Origin: Obrimoposthia wandeli
Taxonomy: Eukaryota
Assembly (NCBI GenBank): GCA_977020255.1
Contig: CDROCS010005562.1
Coordinates: 1 to 64,000 of the forward strand
DNA: 64,000 bases
Direction: 5' to 3'
Shown here: positions 18,953-28,997 of the stretch, one piece after another
Numbering within the stretch: the first letter of the stretch is position 1
How the letters are laid out: each line of letters opens with the position of its first letter
Notes under the pieces: model-generated
What the model saw: only the letters and a program-made list of their open reading frames with translations
What the model was told of the DNA's origin: nothing
The model's database searches: none
Translations under genes and position numbers: made by a program

Positions 18953-19924
18953 TTATTGCGCTAATTCGGCGATACGTTCACTGGCCCAGCTTTCAAATTT
19001 CCAGTTTTTAATAAACGCACAATGCCCGCCTTGCGCCTGTAAATCAATGCTTAACCATTCAGATTGGTGTAAGTGGTTGAGGTGACGAGCGGGGATCATT
19101 GGATCATCTTCAGAGGTAATGATGGTCGTTGGTATTGCCAATTGGCTTAAGCCATCATCCACCACAGAGTAAGCTTCAAAGTATTCATCACGACTGCTAA
19201 AGTGAGTATAGCGGTCGACAAAAAACAGGTTCATGTCATCGAGCGTTTTTAGGTTTTTCAATGCTTTGCCATAACCTAATTGCGGATGATAGCGCAGTTT
19301 TTTGATTAACGAGCGTTTCCACTTCGCGACAAAATATTGTTCATATAATGGAAAACCCGCACTTAACTCTGCCATTGTGGTTGGCGGGTGTAATACCGGA
19401 CAAACCGCAATTGCTTGATGTAAGTCGATACCTGCAACTTTGGCGATATTCGCCACTCGCAGACAAAAGTTACCACCGAGTGAATAACCACATAACAGAT
19501 TATGCTGACCACCAAATTGGACGCAAAGGTATTTAACCGCTTCGGCGACTTCTTCTAGGCGTGATGAATTAAACAGTTCCGCGTTTAAATGATGGGTATC
19601 ACCATGATCACGAAAGTTAAGGCGAAATACATCATAACCCGCTTCCAGTAATTTTTGGCCACTGGATAATACATACAGCGAATCAGCACAACCTTCCCAA
19701 CCATGGAGGATAACAGCAAGCCCTTTCGATGGCGTTGTGGTGTTATTTCGGCTTAGAAACCCTTCTAACCGAACCCCTTGTGGCGTGGTGATAATATGCT
19801 GTTTCGCTAGGCACAATAATTGGTTAGCACGGCGTTTCTCGAAGTATTTTCGTGGCCCAGAACTAGACAGCATGGATTGCAGGTGGTTATTACTCAGACC
19901 TAACGCCGGTTTAAATTTAGTCAT
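18953..19924 (-). CDS. YheT-like alpha/beta hydrolase
   Basis: LHGWEG, GYSLGGN nucleophile elbow, EDDPMI, GGHCAF. Confidence 0.88.
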   Translation of the reverse strand: MTKFKPALGLSNNHLQSMLSSSGPRKYFEKRRANQLLCLAKQHIITTPQGVRLEGFLSRNNTTTPSKGLAVILHGWEGCADSLYVLSSGQKLLEAGYDVFRLNFRDHGDTHHLNAELFNSSRLEEVAEAVKYLCVQFGGQHNLLCGYSLGGNFCLRVANIAKVAGIDLHQAIAVCPVLHPPTTMAELSAGFPLYEQYFVAKWKRSLIKKLRYHPQLGYGKALKNLKTLDDMNLFFVDRYTHFSSRDEYFEAYSVVDDGLSQLAIPTTIITSEDDPMIPARHLNHLHQSEWLSIDLQAQGGHCAFIKNWKFESWASERIAELAQ

Positions 19925-20107
19925 GTTTTTCGCTTTTACACCCTTAACCCAAAATGAAGCCCTACTGTACAGCATTATTCGCTGTAGGTTATGTGCATAT
20001 ATCCCACGGTGACCAAGATGAGTGTATGAATATAAATACAATCAGTTATAATTAAATTTATAAACATTACAGGTTGTAGTGTGCATTCACTAAGAAAAGG
20101 ATATTTC

Positions 20108-21253
20108 ATGCATAAATTATTCGTCGGTCTTGGCTTATTACTAGTCAGTACCTTCAGTCAAGCCCTAGAACTCGATTGGCAAGCTGTTGAAGCAAAAGCC
20201 AAAGGACAAACGGTCTATTTTTATGCATGGGGTGGTAGTCCTGAAATTAATAACTATTTACGCTGGGCCGATAAACGCCTAAACAGTGAATACGGAGTGC
20301 GCCTAAAACACGTTAAAGTCGGTGACATTGCCGAAGCAATTACCCGTTTAGCAGCAGAAAAAACTGCAAAAAAGAACAGTAACGGCAGTGTTGATATGGT
20401 TTGGGTTAACGGTGAAAACTTCAAATCAATGAAACGTTATGACCTGATCACGGATTCATTCGCAACGCAATTACCAAATTGGCAATATGTGGATAAGACC
20501 TTGCCAGTTGATAACGATTTTTCTGAACCAACGCTAGGCCTAGAGGCACCTTGGGGTGTCGGCCAACTGGTGTTTATTTACGATACCCAAACACTCACCA
20601 ACCCACCAGCAAGCTTCAACGATCTACTCGCTTACGCGGTTAAGCACCCAAATAAACTCAGCTATCCAAAACCACCGTCATTCCATGGCACTAGCTTTCT
20701 TAAAGCAGCCTTATTAGAATTAGCCAGCAACAACGCGCCATTATACCAACCGGTAGATACTCAGACGTTTGCGACTACATCAGCGCCATTATGGGATTAT
20801 CTTGACAAGTTCCATGCAGTCGCTTGGCGTCAAGGCAAGCAATTCCCTGCCAGTGCATCTGAAACAATTCAGCTATTAGATGATGGTGAACTCGATATTG
20901 CTATTTCGTTTAACCCTAACGAAGCGACGACATCACAGCAAAGCGGTAAGCTTAGCGAAACGACGGTGGCTTATGCGATGGAAGCAGGGGCACTCTCAAA
21001 CATTCATTTCCTGTCGATACCTTGGAATGCCAGTGCCAAAGAAGGCGCATTAGTAGCGATTAACTTTTTGTTAAGCCCTGAAGCCCAGTCACGCAAAGGC
21101 GATTTAGCTATTTGGGGTGATCCGACGGTATTATCAGCGTCACACATCACCGGTTCAGCTAAAAACACCAAGCTGTTTAAATCAATTCCAGAACCACATC
21201 CAAGCTGGCAAACTGCGCTTGAAGCGGAATGGCAAAAACGCTACGGGCACTAA
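20108..21253 (+). CDS. ynjB: ABC transporter substrate-binding protein YnjB-like
   Basis: Signal peptide; YFYAWGGS, VDMVWVNGENF, EAPWG; operon order B-C-D-F. Confidence 0.85.
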   Translation: MHKLFVGLGLLLVSTFSQALELDWQAVEAKAKGQTVYFYAWGGSPEINNYLRWADKRLNSEYGVRLKHVKVGDIAEAITRLAAEKTAKKNSNGSVDMVWVNGENFKSMKRYDLITDSFATQLPNWQYVDKTLPVDNDFSEPTLGLEAPWGVGQLVFIYDTQTLTNPPASFNDLLAYAVKHPNKLSYPKPPSFHGTSFLKAALLELASNNAPLYQPVDTQTFATTSAPLWDYLDKFHAVAWRQGKQFPASASETIQLLDDGELDIAISFNPNEATTSQQSGKLSETTVAYAMEAGALSNIHFLSIPWNASAKEGALVAINFLLSPEAQSRKGDLAIWGDPTVLSASHITGSAKNTKLFKSIPEPHPSWQTALEAEWQKRYGH

Positions 21254-23011
21254 TTGAACGCTATATTCACCACATTAAAAAAACAGTCAGCCACCGCATT
21301 CACTTTTAATTTGATCGTGTTACTGACTGTTATTATTAGTTTTTTGCCGCTATTACCAGGGCTAGTTGGCTTGCTACTCGCTGCATTTGGCTATATTCCA
21401 GCTATCGATCAATACGCACTATCCCTTGATGGATTTACGCAATTGCTGGCTTGGCCAGGGTTATCACAATCCGTTGTGCTGACGTTATTTGTCAGTGTCG
21501 CCAGTACCTTACTATCCGCGTTATGCTGCTTTGCAATTCTACAATCCTGCTGGCATAGCCGTTGGTGGAAGCAAATAGAAACCTTACTCGCACCGATTAT
21601 GGCGCTGCCACATGTGGCTTTTGCGGTTGGTTTTGCGTTTTTGTTTACCCCCAGTGGCTTTATCGCGCGGCTATTGGGCGAGCAAATCAATTGGCAACTG
21701 GTACATGACCAATATGGACTCGGCCTTATTGCGGCGCTAACGCTTAAAGAAATACCGTTTTTGTTGTTCATGAGTATCCCACTGCTGAAACAATTAAATA
21801 TAAATACCACGCTTATCACCGCGCAAAGTCTGGGTTACAACAACGCCCAAGCATGGCAAAAAATAATCCTGCCACAATGGTTACCTAAGATCCGTTTCTC
21901 ATTATTCGCCGTCATGGCATACAGCATTTCGGTTGTTGATGTCGCCTTGATCATCGGGCCAACTCAGCCGCCGACGCTCTCGGTATTGGTTTGGCAGTGG
22001 TTGAATGATGCCGACCTTGCCACATTACCCAAAGCCTCGGCAGGTGCGTTATTACTGCTGCTATTATGTTTGTTGGTATTACTGGGGATACGCTTAACTG
22101 AATGGATAATGACGGTAAAATGTCGAACTTGGCAGTCAAGTGGACGCTTTTCGCTGCCGATTGGTGGTAAGAGTATCATTACCATCACTTACCTCATCAC
22201 GCTGACGACATTGCCAATGTTACTGTTATGGTCGGTGGCTCAACGCTGGCGATTTCCTGATATTACGCCGTCGACCTGGTCGCTGCGTTTTTGGCAACAA
22301 GAATGGTATTACTTATTAGACATCATCACCAATAGCATCATAATTGCGTTAGTTAGCGCCACAATCGCCTTGTTTTTTGCCATTGTGATACACGAGCACA
22401 GTATCAAGGCCAGTATAAATAAGGGTAAATTTAAAGTACCCAGATTACTCATTTCAATCCCGATGCTTGCACCGCAGTTATCGTTATTGTTTGGCATGCA
22501 GGTGGCGACCTTGTATATCGCCCATCAACATTATTACCTTTGGGTCACATGGGCGCATACGTTCTTTGTATTCCCCTATGTATTTCTTGCCCTCGATGGC
22601 CCTTGGCGCAGTTATGATCAGCGCTTAGATAAAGTCGGCGCCAGTCTAGGCATGTCTCCTTTCAAAGTATGGTGGCAGATAAAACGCCCGTTATTACTGC
22701 CTGCTATTTGGATCGCATGGGCCGTGGGTATTAGCGTGAGTCTGGCGCAATATTTACCGACACTAATGCTAGGCGCAGGACGGATATCAACACTGACAAC
22801 AGAAGCGGTCGCACTCTCGAGCGGACAAGATCGCCGTATCAGCGCCATCTATGCGTTGCTGCAATCAATAACGCCATTTGTATTTTATATTATCGCCATC
22901 GTTGCCAGCCGTAAAACCGGCTCTCTCGAACAGCAACGCGCTAATGCTAATTCGGCTTCATTAACATCAACCAATAGAGTAACAACACACAATGTCTCTA
23001 TCAGTAAATAA
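21254..23011 (+). CDS. ynjC: ABC transporter permease YnjC-like (double domain)
   Basis: Two permease halves with EAA-like loops (AQSLGY, GASLGMS); TTG start adjacent to the ynjB stop. Confidence 0.85.
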   Translation: MNAIFTTLKKQSATAFTFNLIVLLTVIISFLPLLPGLVGLLLAAFGYIPAIDQYALSLDGFTQLLAWPGLSQSVVLTLFVSVASTLLSALCCFAILQSCWHSRWWKQIETLLAPIMALPHVAFAVGFAFLFTPSGFIARLLGEQINWQLVHDQYGLGLIAALTLKEIPFLLFMSIPLLKQLNINTTLITAQSLGYNNAQAWQKIILPQWLPKIRFSLFAVMAYSISVVDVALIIGPTQPPTLSVLVWQWLNDADLATLPKASAGALLLLLLCLLVLLGIRLTEWIMTVKCRTWQSSGRFSLPIGGKSIITITYLITLTTLPMLLLWSVAQRWRFPDITPSTWSLRFWQQEWYYLLDIITNSIIIALVSATIALFFAIVIHEHSIKASINKGKFKVPRLLISIPMLAPQLSLLFGMQVATLYIAHQHYYLWVTWAHTFFVFPYVFLALDGPWRSYDQRLDKVGASLGMSPFKVWWQIKRPLLLPAIWIAWAVGISVSLAQYLPTLMLGAGRISTLTTEAVALSSGQDRRISAIYALLQSITPFVFYIIAIVASRKTGSLEQQRANANSASLTSTNRVTTHNVSISK

Positions 23012-23645
23012 TCTCAGTATTCTTGATAGTGCTCAACAGCCTTTGTTTGCGCCTATCTCTTTCACTGTTGCACCCGGTGAAATATTAACGTTAATGGGGC
23101 CAAGTGGCTGTGGAAAGTCGAGTTTGTTAAGCGCCGTTGCCGGGCATAAATCGGCTGACTTTAGCTATCAGGGTGAATGCTATTATCAACAACGATTATT
23201 AAATGCCCTGCCTGCAGAAAAACGTAATATCGGCATCTTGTTTCAAGATGATTTATTATTTCCGCATTTAAATATCTGGGAAAACTTAGCTATCGCCCTA
23301 CCCAACCACATTAAAAAAGCGCAACGAAAAATACAGGCATTGAAAACACTGACCGAGCTCAACTTAGTCGAACTTGCAGATAAGTCACCCATGCAAATAT
23401 CGGGCGGTCAACGTGCGCGTATTAGTATGATGCGGTTGTTACTGGCAGAGCCTGCCGTGGTATTGCTGGATGAACCCTTTAGCAAGTTAGATAAATCACT
23501 ACGTAGTGAATTTAGAAACTGGGTATTTGCCCAAACACGCAGCAGACAATTACCAGTATTAATGGTAACGCACGACGCTGACGATGTCCCAGTGGGGAGC
23601 AAATGCCTACACTGGCCATGGAATAAGGAAACTCAAGATGCTTGA
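22992..23645 (+). CDS. ynjD: ABC transporter ATP-binding protein YnjD-like
   Basis: Walker A GPSGCGKS, signature ISGGQ, Walker B VLLDEPF. Confidence 0.88.
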   Translation: MSLSVNNLSILDSAQQPLFAPISFTVAPGEILTLMGPSGCGKSSLLSAVAGHKSADFSYQGECYYQQRLLNALPAEKRNIGILFQDDLLFPHLNIWENLAIALPNHIKKAQRKIQALKTLTELNLVELADKSPMQISGGQRARISMMRLLLAEPAVVLLDEPFSKLDKSLRSEFRNWVFAQTRSRQLPVLMVTHDADDVPVGSKCLHWPWNKETQDA

Positions 23646-24264
23646 CCGTTATGCGATAAAAATTATCCGCTGGCCGATTAATATTACTGCAAAATTAGTG
23701 CATAAGACTGGCATGAAAGCCGACCAAGTGACCCTGTTAGGTTTTGTGCTTGGGTTAATGTGCTTTCCAGCATTGGCATTACAAGAATACAATATCGCGT
23801 TAGGCTTCATCGCTTTAAACCGCATACTTGACGCGGTAGATGGTGCAGTAGCCAGAATACAAGGCATCACTGACAGTGGCGGGTTCTTAGATATTACCTT
23901 AGATTTTTTGTTTTATTCGCTAGTACCGTTTGGCTTTGTAGTGGCAGACCCGAGCGCCAATGCTGTGGCAGGCGCATTCTTGATTTTTGCCTTTATTGGT
24001 ACTGGCACCAGCTTTTTAGCCTTTGCGATCATGGCGAGTAAACAAAACATTGAAAATCCGGTGTATAAGAATAAATCGCTCTACTATATCGGTGGACTAA
24101 CGGAAGGCACTGAAACAATATCCTGCTTTATTTTATTATGCTTGTTTCCACAGTACTTCTCGCAAATCGCTTATGGTTTTGCAGCCTTGTGCTGGATCAC
24201 CACTGCAAACCGTATTTGGGCCGGTTATCACACCTTAAAGACCGTTAACAGTGAACATCCGTAG
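23638..24264 (+). CDS. ynjF: CDP-alcohol phosphatidyltransferase family protein YnjF-like
   Basis: DAVDGAVAR...GGFLDITLD motif; GGLTEGTET. Confidence 0.88.
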   Translation: MLDRYAIKIIRWPINITAKLVHKTGMKADQVTLLGFVLGLMCFPALALQEYNIALGFIALNRILDAVDGAVARIQGITDSGGFLDITLDFLFYSLVPFGFVVADPSANAVAGAFLIFAFIGTGTSFLAFAIMASKQNIENPVYKNKSLYYIGGLTEGTETISCFILLCLFPQYFSQIAYGFAALCWITTANRIWAGYHTLKTVNSEHP

Positions 24265-24283
24265 AAAAAACACTTTACGATAC

Positions 24284-26017
24284 TCATAGGGGATTGCTTA
24301 GCTGCTTTCCCCAATGATTTAACGTTCTTTGTAAGTCTTTTAATTGATATGGTTTATTAACAATATCATCCATGCCACAGGCTAAACATTCATCACGTTC
24401 GGTATTTGTGGTACCCGCGGTCAATGCAATAATGGGTTTATCATAGCCCTGTTGACGTAATACGCGCGTTGCTTCAAACCCGTCCATGATTGGCATCCGG
24501 CAATCCATTAAAATAATATCGACATGATGGTGTTCCAGATAGCTAAGTGCTTCCTTGCCATTATTTTTGATATCACAATTCAGCCCTAACTTTTTTAACA
24601 TCATCTCAATAACGACTTGATTCATTTTAATATCTTCAACGATAAGTAACTTTAATTGATGAATTGGATAATCAATCTCTTCTTGTGTTTGCGTCGTTTT
24701 GATATTTTTAGCGGGTATCGCCAAAGGCAGACAGACTTTGAATTCCGAGCCTTTATCCAACTCACTCGTGAGTATCAATTCGCCCTGCATTTCTTTAATC
24801 AAATGCAAACAAATAGACAGGCCTAACCCCGTACCTTCATGTTTGCGATTACTGGAATTATCAACCTGTACAAAGGGTTCGAAAAGATTACTTTGTTTGT
24901 CCGCTGGAATACCACAACCAGTATCGACGATATTAAATACCAGTTGTTCGTTTTCCCATAAGAAATAGACCGAGACTTTACCGTCACTGGTAAATTTCAA
25001 TGCATTACCAATCAAGTTAACTAAGATTTGTTTTATGCGCTCGGCATCACCGAGTAATTCTGTTGGGATCTGCTCGGAAAATATAAGTTCAAACAGTAAG
25101 CCTTTCTCTTCAGCGCGAATCGAAAAAATATCCTCGATAACACGGCTAACACCAGCAACGTCAAAAGGTTTAATGATGAGTTCAAGCATGCCTGCGCTCA
25201 TTTTACTAAAATCTAACAAATCATTAATAATGACACGTAATAACTCGCCTGATTGATGGATAGTCGTCAACAGCCTAGCTTGCTGCGTATCGATCTGCGT
25301 ATCTGCCATTAAATCTGCAGATCCAAGTAAGCCATTTAACGGCGTCCGTAATTCATGATTAATCATGGTGACAAAGTCACGAGTCGATTTCTCGGAGTTT
25401 TCAGCTCTGTGCATTTCCAAAATAGTACGATCAAGTAGGTATTTTCGTTGGTAGGCAACACTGATCATTTCTGAAAACAAAGACAATTGCTTTTCAATGG
25501 TTTGCTGCCATTGTTTTTTAGTCTCAAGCGACACCGACAACACCCCAAGTTGAGCGTCTTCACCATCAATAATGATGTGTAATTGTAGATGGTCGTCACT
25601 CCAACGGCACGATGAAACTTGTTCGGCAGGCTCATCCCATCGCGTCCATATGCCAGCATTCAATACGGTCATTTCATCCACAACATTGATGGATTGAATT
25701 TTTAACTGCACCGCATTTATCGTATCAACATGGGAGATATTATTTAACAGTCGCTGTAATAAAGTATCTGAAATTGAATTTTTAAGAAATAATTGGTTGA
25801 AATCAAGCAGAATAGAATCAAGATAAGTTTTCAAGGTCAACAAGGCCATATCCTGCTCAGCTTGTTGTTGGACGTGCACTAATGTGTCCTCAACCATTTT
25901 TTTTGCTAAAAACAGTTCATTACTTTTCTCTTCAAGCAATTGTTCGGCTGATTTTCGGCTGGCTTTTTCACGCGCCACTTTCTTCATTAATAAAACAATT
26001 TGCTGTTCTAAATCCAT
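24284..26017 (-). CDS. Hybrid sensor histidine kinase/response regulator, cytoplasmic
   Basis: H-box INHELRTPLNG, N-box NLIGNALKFT, DTGCG/GTGLGLS, receiver DIILMDCRMP; no TM helix. Confidence 0.93.
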   Translation of the reverse strand: MDLEQQIVLLMKKVAREKASRKSAEQLLEEKSNELFLAKKMVEDTLVHVQQQAEQDMALLTLKTYLDSILLDFNQLFLKNSISDTLLQRLLNNISHVDTINAVQLKIQSINVVDEMTVLNAGIWTRWDEPAEQVSSCRWSDDHLQLHIIIDGEDAQLGVLSVSLETKKQWQQTIEKQLSLFSEMISVAYQRKYLLDRTILEMHRAENSEKSTRDFVTMINHELRTPLNGLLGSADLMADTQIDTQQARLLTTIHQSGELLRVIINDLLDFSKMSAGMLELIIKPFDVAGVSRVIEDIFSIRAEEKGLLFELIFSEQIPTELLGDAERIKQILVNLIGNALKFTSDGKVSVYFLWENEQLVFNIVDTGCGIPADKQSNLFEPFVQVDNSSNRKHEGTGLGLSICLHLIKEMQGELILTSELDKGSEFKVCLPLAIPAKNIKTTQTQEEIDYPIHQLKLLIVEDIKMNQVVIEMMLKKLGLNCDIKNNGKEALSYLEHHHVDIILMDCRMPIMDGFEATRVLRQQGYDKPIIALTAGTTNTERDECLACGMDDIVNKPYQLKDLQRTLNHWGKQLSNPL

Positions 26018-26060
26018 TTTAACTCCGTCCATCAACATTCCCATTGATAGGCTATGTGCA

Positions 26061-26594
26061 TTACAGATAGCGTAACGTGAATCGAACTTCTGATTGGTCT
26101 TGTTTCAATGGTTCCATTTTAATGTCTACTTGTTGATTAAAATGGTGACTACAGCCTTTAATTAAACCGAAGCAGACATGCGACATGCAGCGGGCGGAGA
26201 TGTAGTCCATGACCATTTCCATTTCAGTCACGGAAATAAATTTAAATGTCGGAGGGTTAGAATCGGGATACAACTTTTTCACTTCAATGTGGATGTACTC
26301 TTCCACCTTTTCGATAAAATCAAAAGTCGACAACGCTTTACCCTCTAGTCCAGGCATACTGTTATAGAGAGTCTTAAAGACAGACTCGCCATAAACAGCT
26401 TGTAGGTCTTCAGGTGAAATACCCGTCAGCTTACTCAATGTCATGATCAGTTTAATTAACGCTTTGTGGTCATAAGTGCCAACAGTCGTATAAACACCTT
26501 CGTCACTGCTTTCATCTAGCATGTTTTGGCAAACTTCTAGACCAAACTTATCTTCCACTAACTCTAAAAACTCAGAAAAAATTATCCCTTTCAT
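26061..26594 (-). CDS. H-NOX (heme NO-binding) protein
   Basis: MKGIIF start, VYTTVGTYD, proximal His in IHIEVKKLYP, YxSxR motif (YISAR). Confidence 0.9.
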   Translation of the reverse strand: MKGIIFSEFLELVEDKFGLEVCQNMLDESSDEGVYTTVGTYDHKALIKLIMTLSKLTGISPEDLQAVYGESVFKTLYNSMPGLEGKALSTFDFIEKVEEYIHIEVKKLYPDSNPPTFKFISVTEMEMVMDYISARCMSHVCFGLIKGCSHHFNQQVDIKMEPLKQDQSEVRFTLRYL

Positions 26595-26725
26595 TTCTGC
26601 TTCTCACTTATTTATAGGACTATTTTAAATATAGTTTTACATATAGCTTTAAATATAGTGATGATTGTTCTAAACCGCTAATAATGAAAGTAAAGTTGTG
26701 AGCTATAGGTACTAAATATTAGCGA

Positions 26726-27154
26726 CTAAATATCAGCAACTAATTTTTTTAGCAAAAAAATCATCTGTTGTTGCTCTTGTGCATCTAACGCGCTTAATAA
26801 ATCATGGTTAATCGCAAGCGGAATAGGTAATAATTCTTCTTTTAGCGCTCTGCCAGCATCAGTTAGATAAATACGAAAAGAGCGGCGACTGTTCGGATCA
26901 TCCCGGCGCTCTACCAGTTCTAAAGCCACTAATTTATCCAGTGTCCGTGTCGTTGTTGAACTCTCAACTTTAGATTTCAAGGCTATTTCACGTTGAGTAA
27001 CCCCCTCCTCTTCCCATAAGCACATTAGCGTAGGCCATAATGCTAACGACAAGCCGTGTTTTTTTAACTCAGTATCAAAATCTTTAGACGCTTTGTTGGC
27101 AACAACATTGAGTAACCAACCAAAACTATTCTGACGATCAAATTTTGTTTCCAT
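26726..27154 (-). CDS. MarR family transcriptional regulator
   Basis: wHTH TTTRTLDKL...VERRDDPNSRRSFRIYLTDAG. Confidence 0.92.
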   Translation of the reverse strand: METKFDRQNSFGWLLNVVANKASKDFDTELKKHGLSLALWPTLMCLWEEEGVTQREIALKSKVESSTTTRTLDKLVALELVERRDDPNSRRSFRIYLTDAGRALKEELLPIPLAINHDLLSALDAQEQQQMIFLLKKLVADI

Positions 27155-27210
27155 TCTGTACCTAATATGATGATGACAGCGCAGCACTAATTATGACAGT
27201 GCAGCACTAA

Positions 27211-27837
27211 CTATGAATACGCAACTATTGTCATGGTAACTAATACTGCGACAATAAGCACCAACAAGGCTTTTAAATTTGATGAAAAACGCAAAGAAAC
27301 AGCACCACATTTAGCCTTGTAGCCCGTGATCATGGCTAACACTAACGGTTTATGACGTAGTTTATAACCAATAACAGCTGCAACATGGACAAATATAAGC
27401 GCCGGTAATACATAAAAAAGTGCATTATGGATCATATAAAAAACATCATATAACCTATCAGTTAACCAAGTTTCTGCCTGTGGTAAATTATCAGCAAAAC
27501 CAGCAATAAGTAAACCAGAGGTGCATTGCAAAAATAAACAAAGCAACAGAATGACGACCATCCAACCTCCAGCAGGATTGTGACCAGGTGTCTCATCGGT
27601 CTGTCCACGTAAGTACTGCATGATCACTTTTGGCGAGCGAATAAATTGTTTAAATCGACTAGTATCACTGCCAATAAAACCCCATGTTATCCGCCAAGTA
27701 ATCAATGTAAATAACGCTAAACCTAATTGTACATGCGGCCCCACAGCATTATAACCAGTACTCATTAACCCGATAAATAGTCCTGCTTGTAGCCAATGAT
27801 ATAAACGTGTTGGTAAATCCCAAATTTTCATTTTCAT
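27211..27837 (-). CDS. Cytochrome b (Ni/Fe-hydrogenase b-type/b561-like)
   Basis: WDLPTRLYHW, GHNPAGG, conserved His in TM helices. Confidence 0.88.
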   Translation of the reverse strand: MKMKIWDLPTRLYHWLQAGLFIGLMSTGYNAVGPHVQLGLALFTLITWRITWGFIGSDTSRFKQFIRSPKVIMQYLRGQTDETPGHNPAGGWMVVILLLCLFLQCTSGLLIAGFADNLPQAETWLTDRLYDVFYMIHNALFYVLPALIFVHVAAVIGYKLRHKPLVLAMITGYKAKCGAVSLRFSSNLKALLVLIVAVLVTMTIVAYS

Positions 27838-27884
27838 TTTAAAACCGCTCAAAAACTAAAGATGCAACAATTTACAACAAAACA

Positions 27885-27898
27885 GTTGCGAACGCAAC
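27885..27898. promoter_or_regulatory. Palindromic operator candidate
   Basis: GTTGCG-AA-CGCAAC in the divergent cyt b / cyt c' intergenic region. Confidence 0.45.
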
Positions 27899-27964
27899 AG
27901 TTGCAGTGTAAATTAAATCAAAAGTCCTCAAGGGCATACCTAAACATTCAATCAGGAGTAAACG

Positions 27965-28441
27965 ATGTCAGTACCAACACGCGTTAATACAGTAATCACA
28001 GCATTATCACTTACCTTTAGCCTCGCTATCACGTCAGTCGCAGCATCGGAAAGCACTTTAACCACGTCATTAATACAAGATGTAGAACAACGCCAAGCAG
28101 CTTTTTCACAAATTGAAAAGCAACAAAAACAAATTGATAAAACACTGGGGAATTCATCAACAGATTGGTCACAGTTAGAAGTATTAAGTGCTGACCTAGC
28201 CGTTAACTCAGCATCATTACAGCACTTATTCGTACAGGGGAGTCAACTCGACAGTAAAGCTAAAGATAAAGTATGGGATGACAATATGCAGTTTAAAGCG
28301 GCATTAGATAAAATGAATAATAGCTTTATAAAAATGGATTCTGCGATACAGCAACAAGATAAGAACACTGCAAAAGATGCATTAAAACAAGCAAATAATA
28401 CTTGTCGTAACTGCCATCGCCAATATCGTTCTCGCTGGTAA
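27965..28441 (+). CDS. Cytochrome c' / c556 (class II)
   Basis: Signal peptide, helical body, AKDKVWDD, C-terminal CRNCH. Confidence 0.88.
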   Translation: MSVPTRVNTVITALSLTFSLAITSVAASESTLTTSLIQDVEQRQAAFSQIEKQQKQIDKTLGNSSTDWSQLEVLSADLAVNSASLQHLFVQGSQLDSKAKDKVWDDNMQFKAALDKMNNSFIKMDSAIQQQDKNTAKDALKQANNTCRNCHRQYRSRW

Positions 28442-28496
28442 TCTCGTTGCTATTATCATTATCGTAATCACTTTATCACTCAATTCGGATGTAAGC

Positions 28497-28958
28497 ATGA
28501 AGACTAAAACATTAAAAAATATACACAAAGTAGCGGCTATACTCGCATTTTTATTAATAACCTCGTTTCTAACTAGCACCATCATTGCAGATCTTTTAGC
28601 AACCCCAGCACAAATTTCACAAGTGAAAAGTACAATCTTAATGTTCATACCAGGACTTATCTTAGCGATGATGGCCACAGGGCTATCAGCCAAGAAACTA
28701 TACCCTAGTGCGGTGACTGGAAAATTTAAACTAAAGCAGACACGATTGAAAGTAGCCGCTATTAATGGCACGTTAATTTTATTACCTGCCGCGTTAGTGT
28801 TAGCTAAATGGTCTGCACTGGGTCAATTTGATGGGTTATATTGGACAGTACAAATTCTAGAAGTAATTGCAGGAATGACGAATTTAACCATGATTGGTTT
28901 AAATATCAGGGATGGAATACGTTTAGGTGTGAAAGCAAAAAAACGTACTGTTAGTTAA
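28497..28958 (+). CDS. Hypothetical 4-TM membrane protein
   Basis: Four hydrophobic segments; starts 55 bp after cyt c' on the same strand. Confidence 0.7.
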   Translation: MKTKTLKNIHKVAAILAFLLITSFLTSTIIADLLATPAQISQVKSTILMFIPGLILAMMATGLSAKKLYPSAVTGKFKLKQTRLKVAAINGTLILLPAALVLAKWSALGQFDGLYWTVQILEVIAGMTNLTMIGLNIRDGIRLGVKAKKRTVS

Positions 28959-28997
28959 TATGATACTAACGAATTCAGTACGCTTTAAAGTGCGTTG

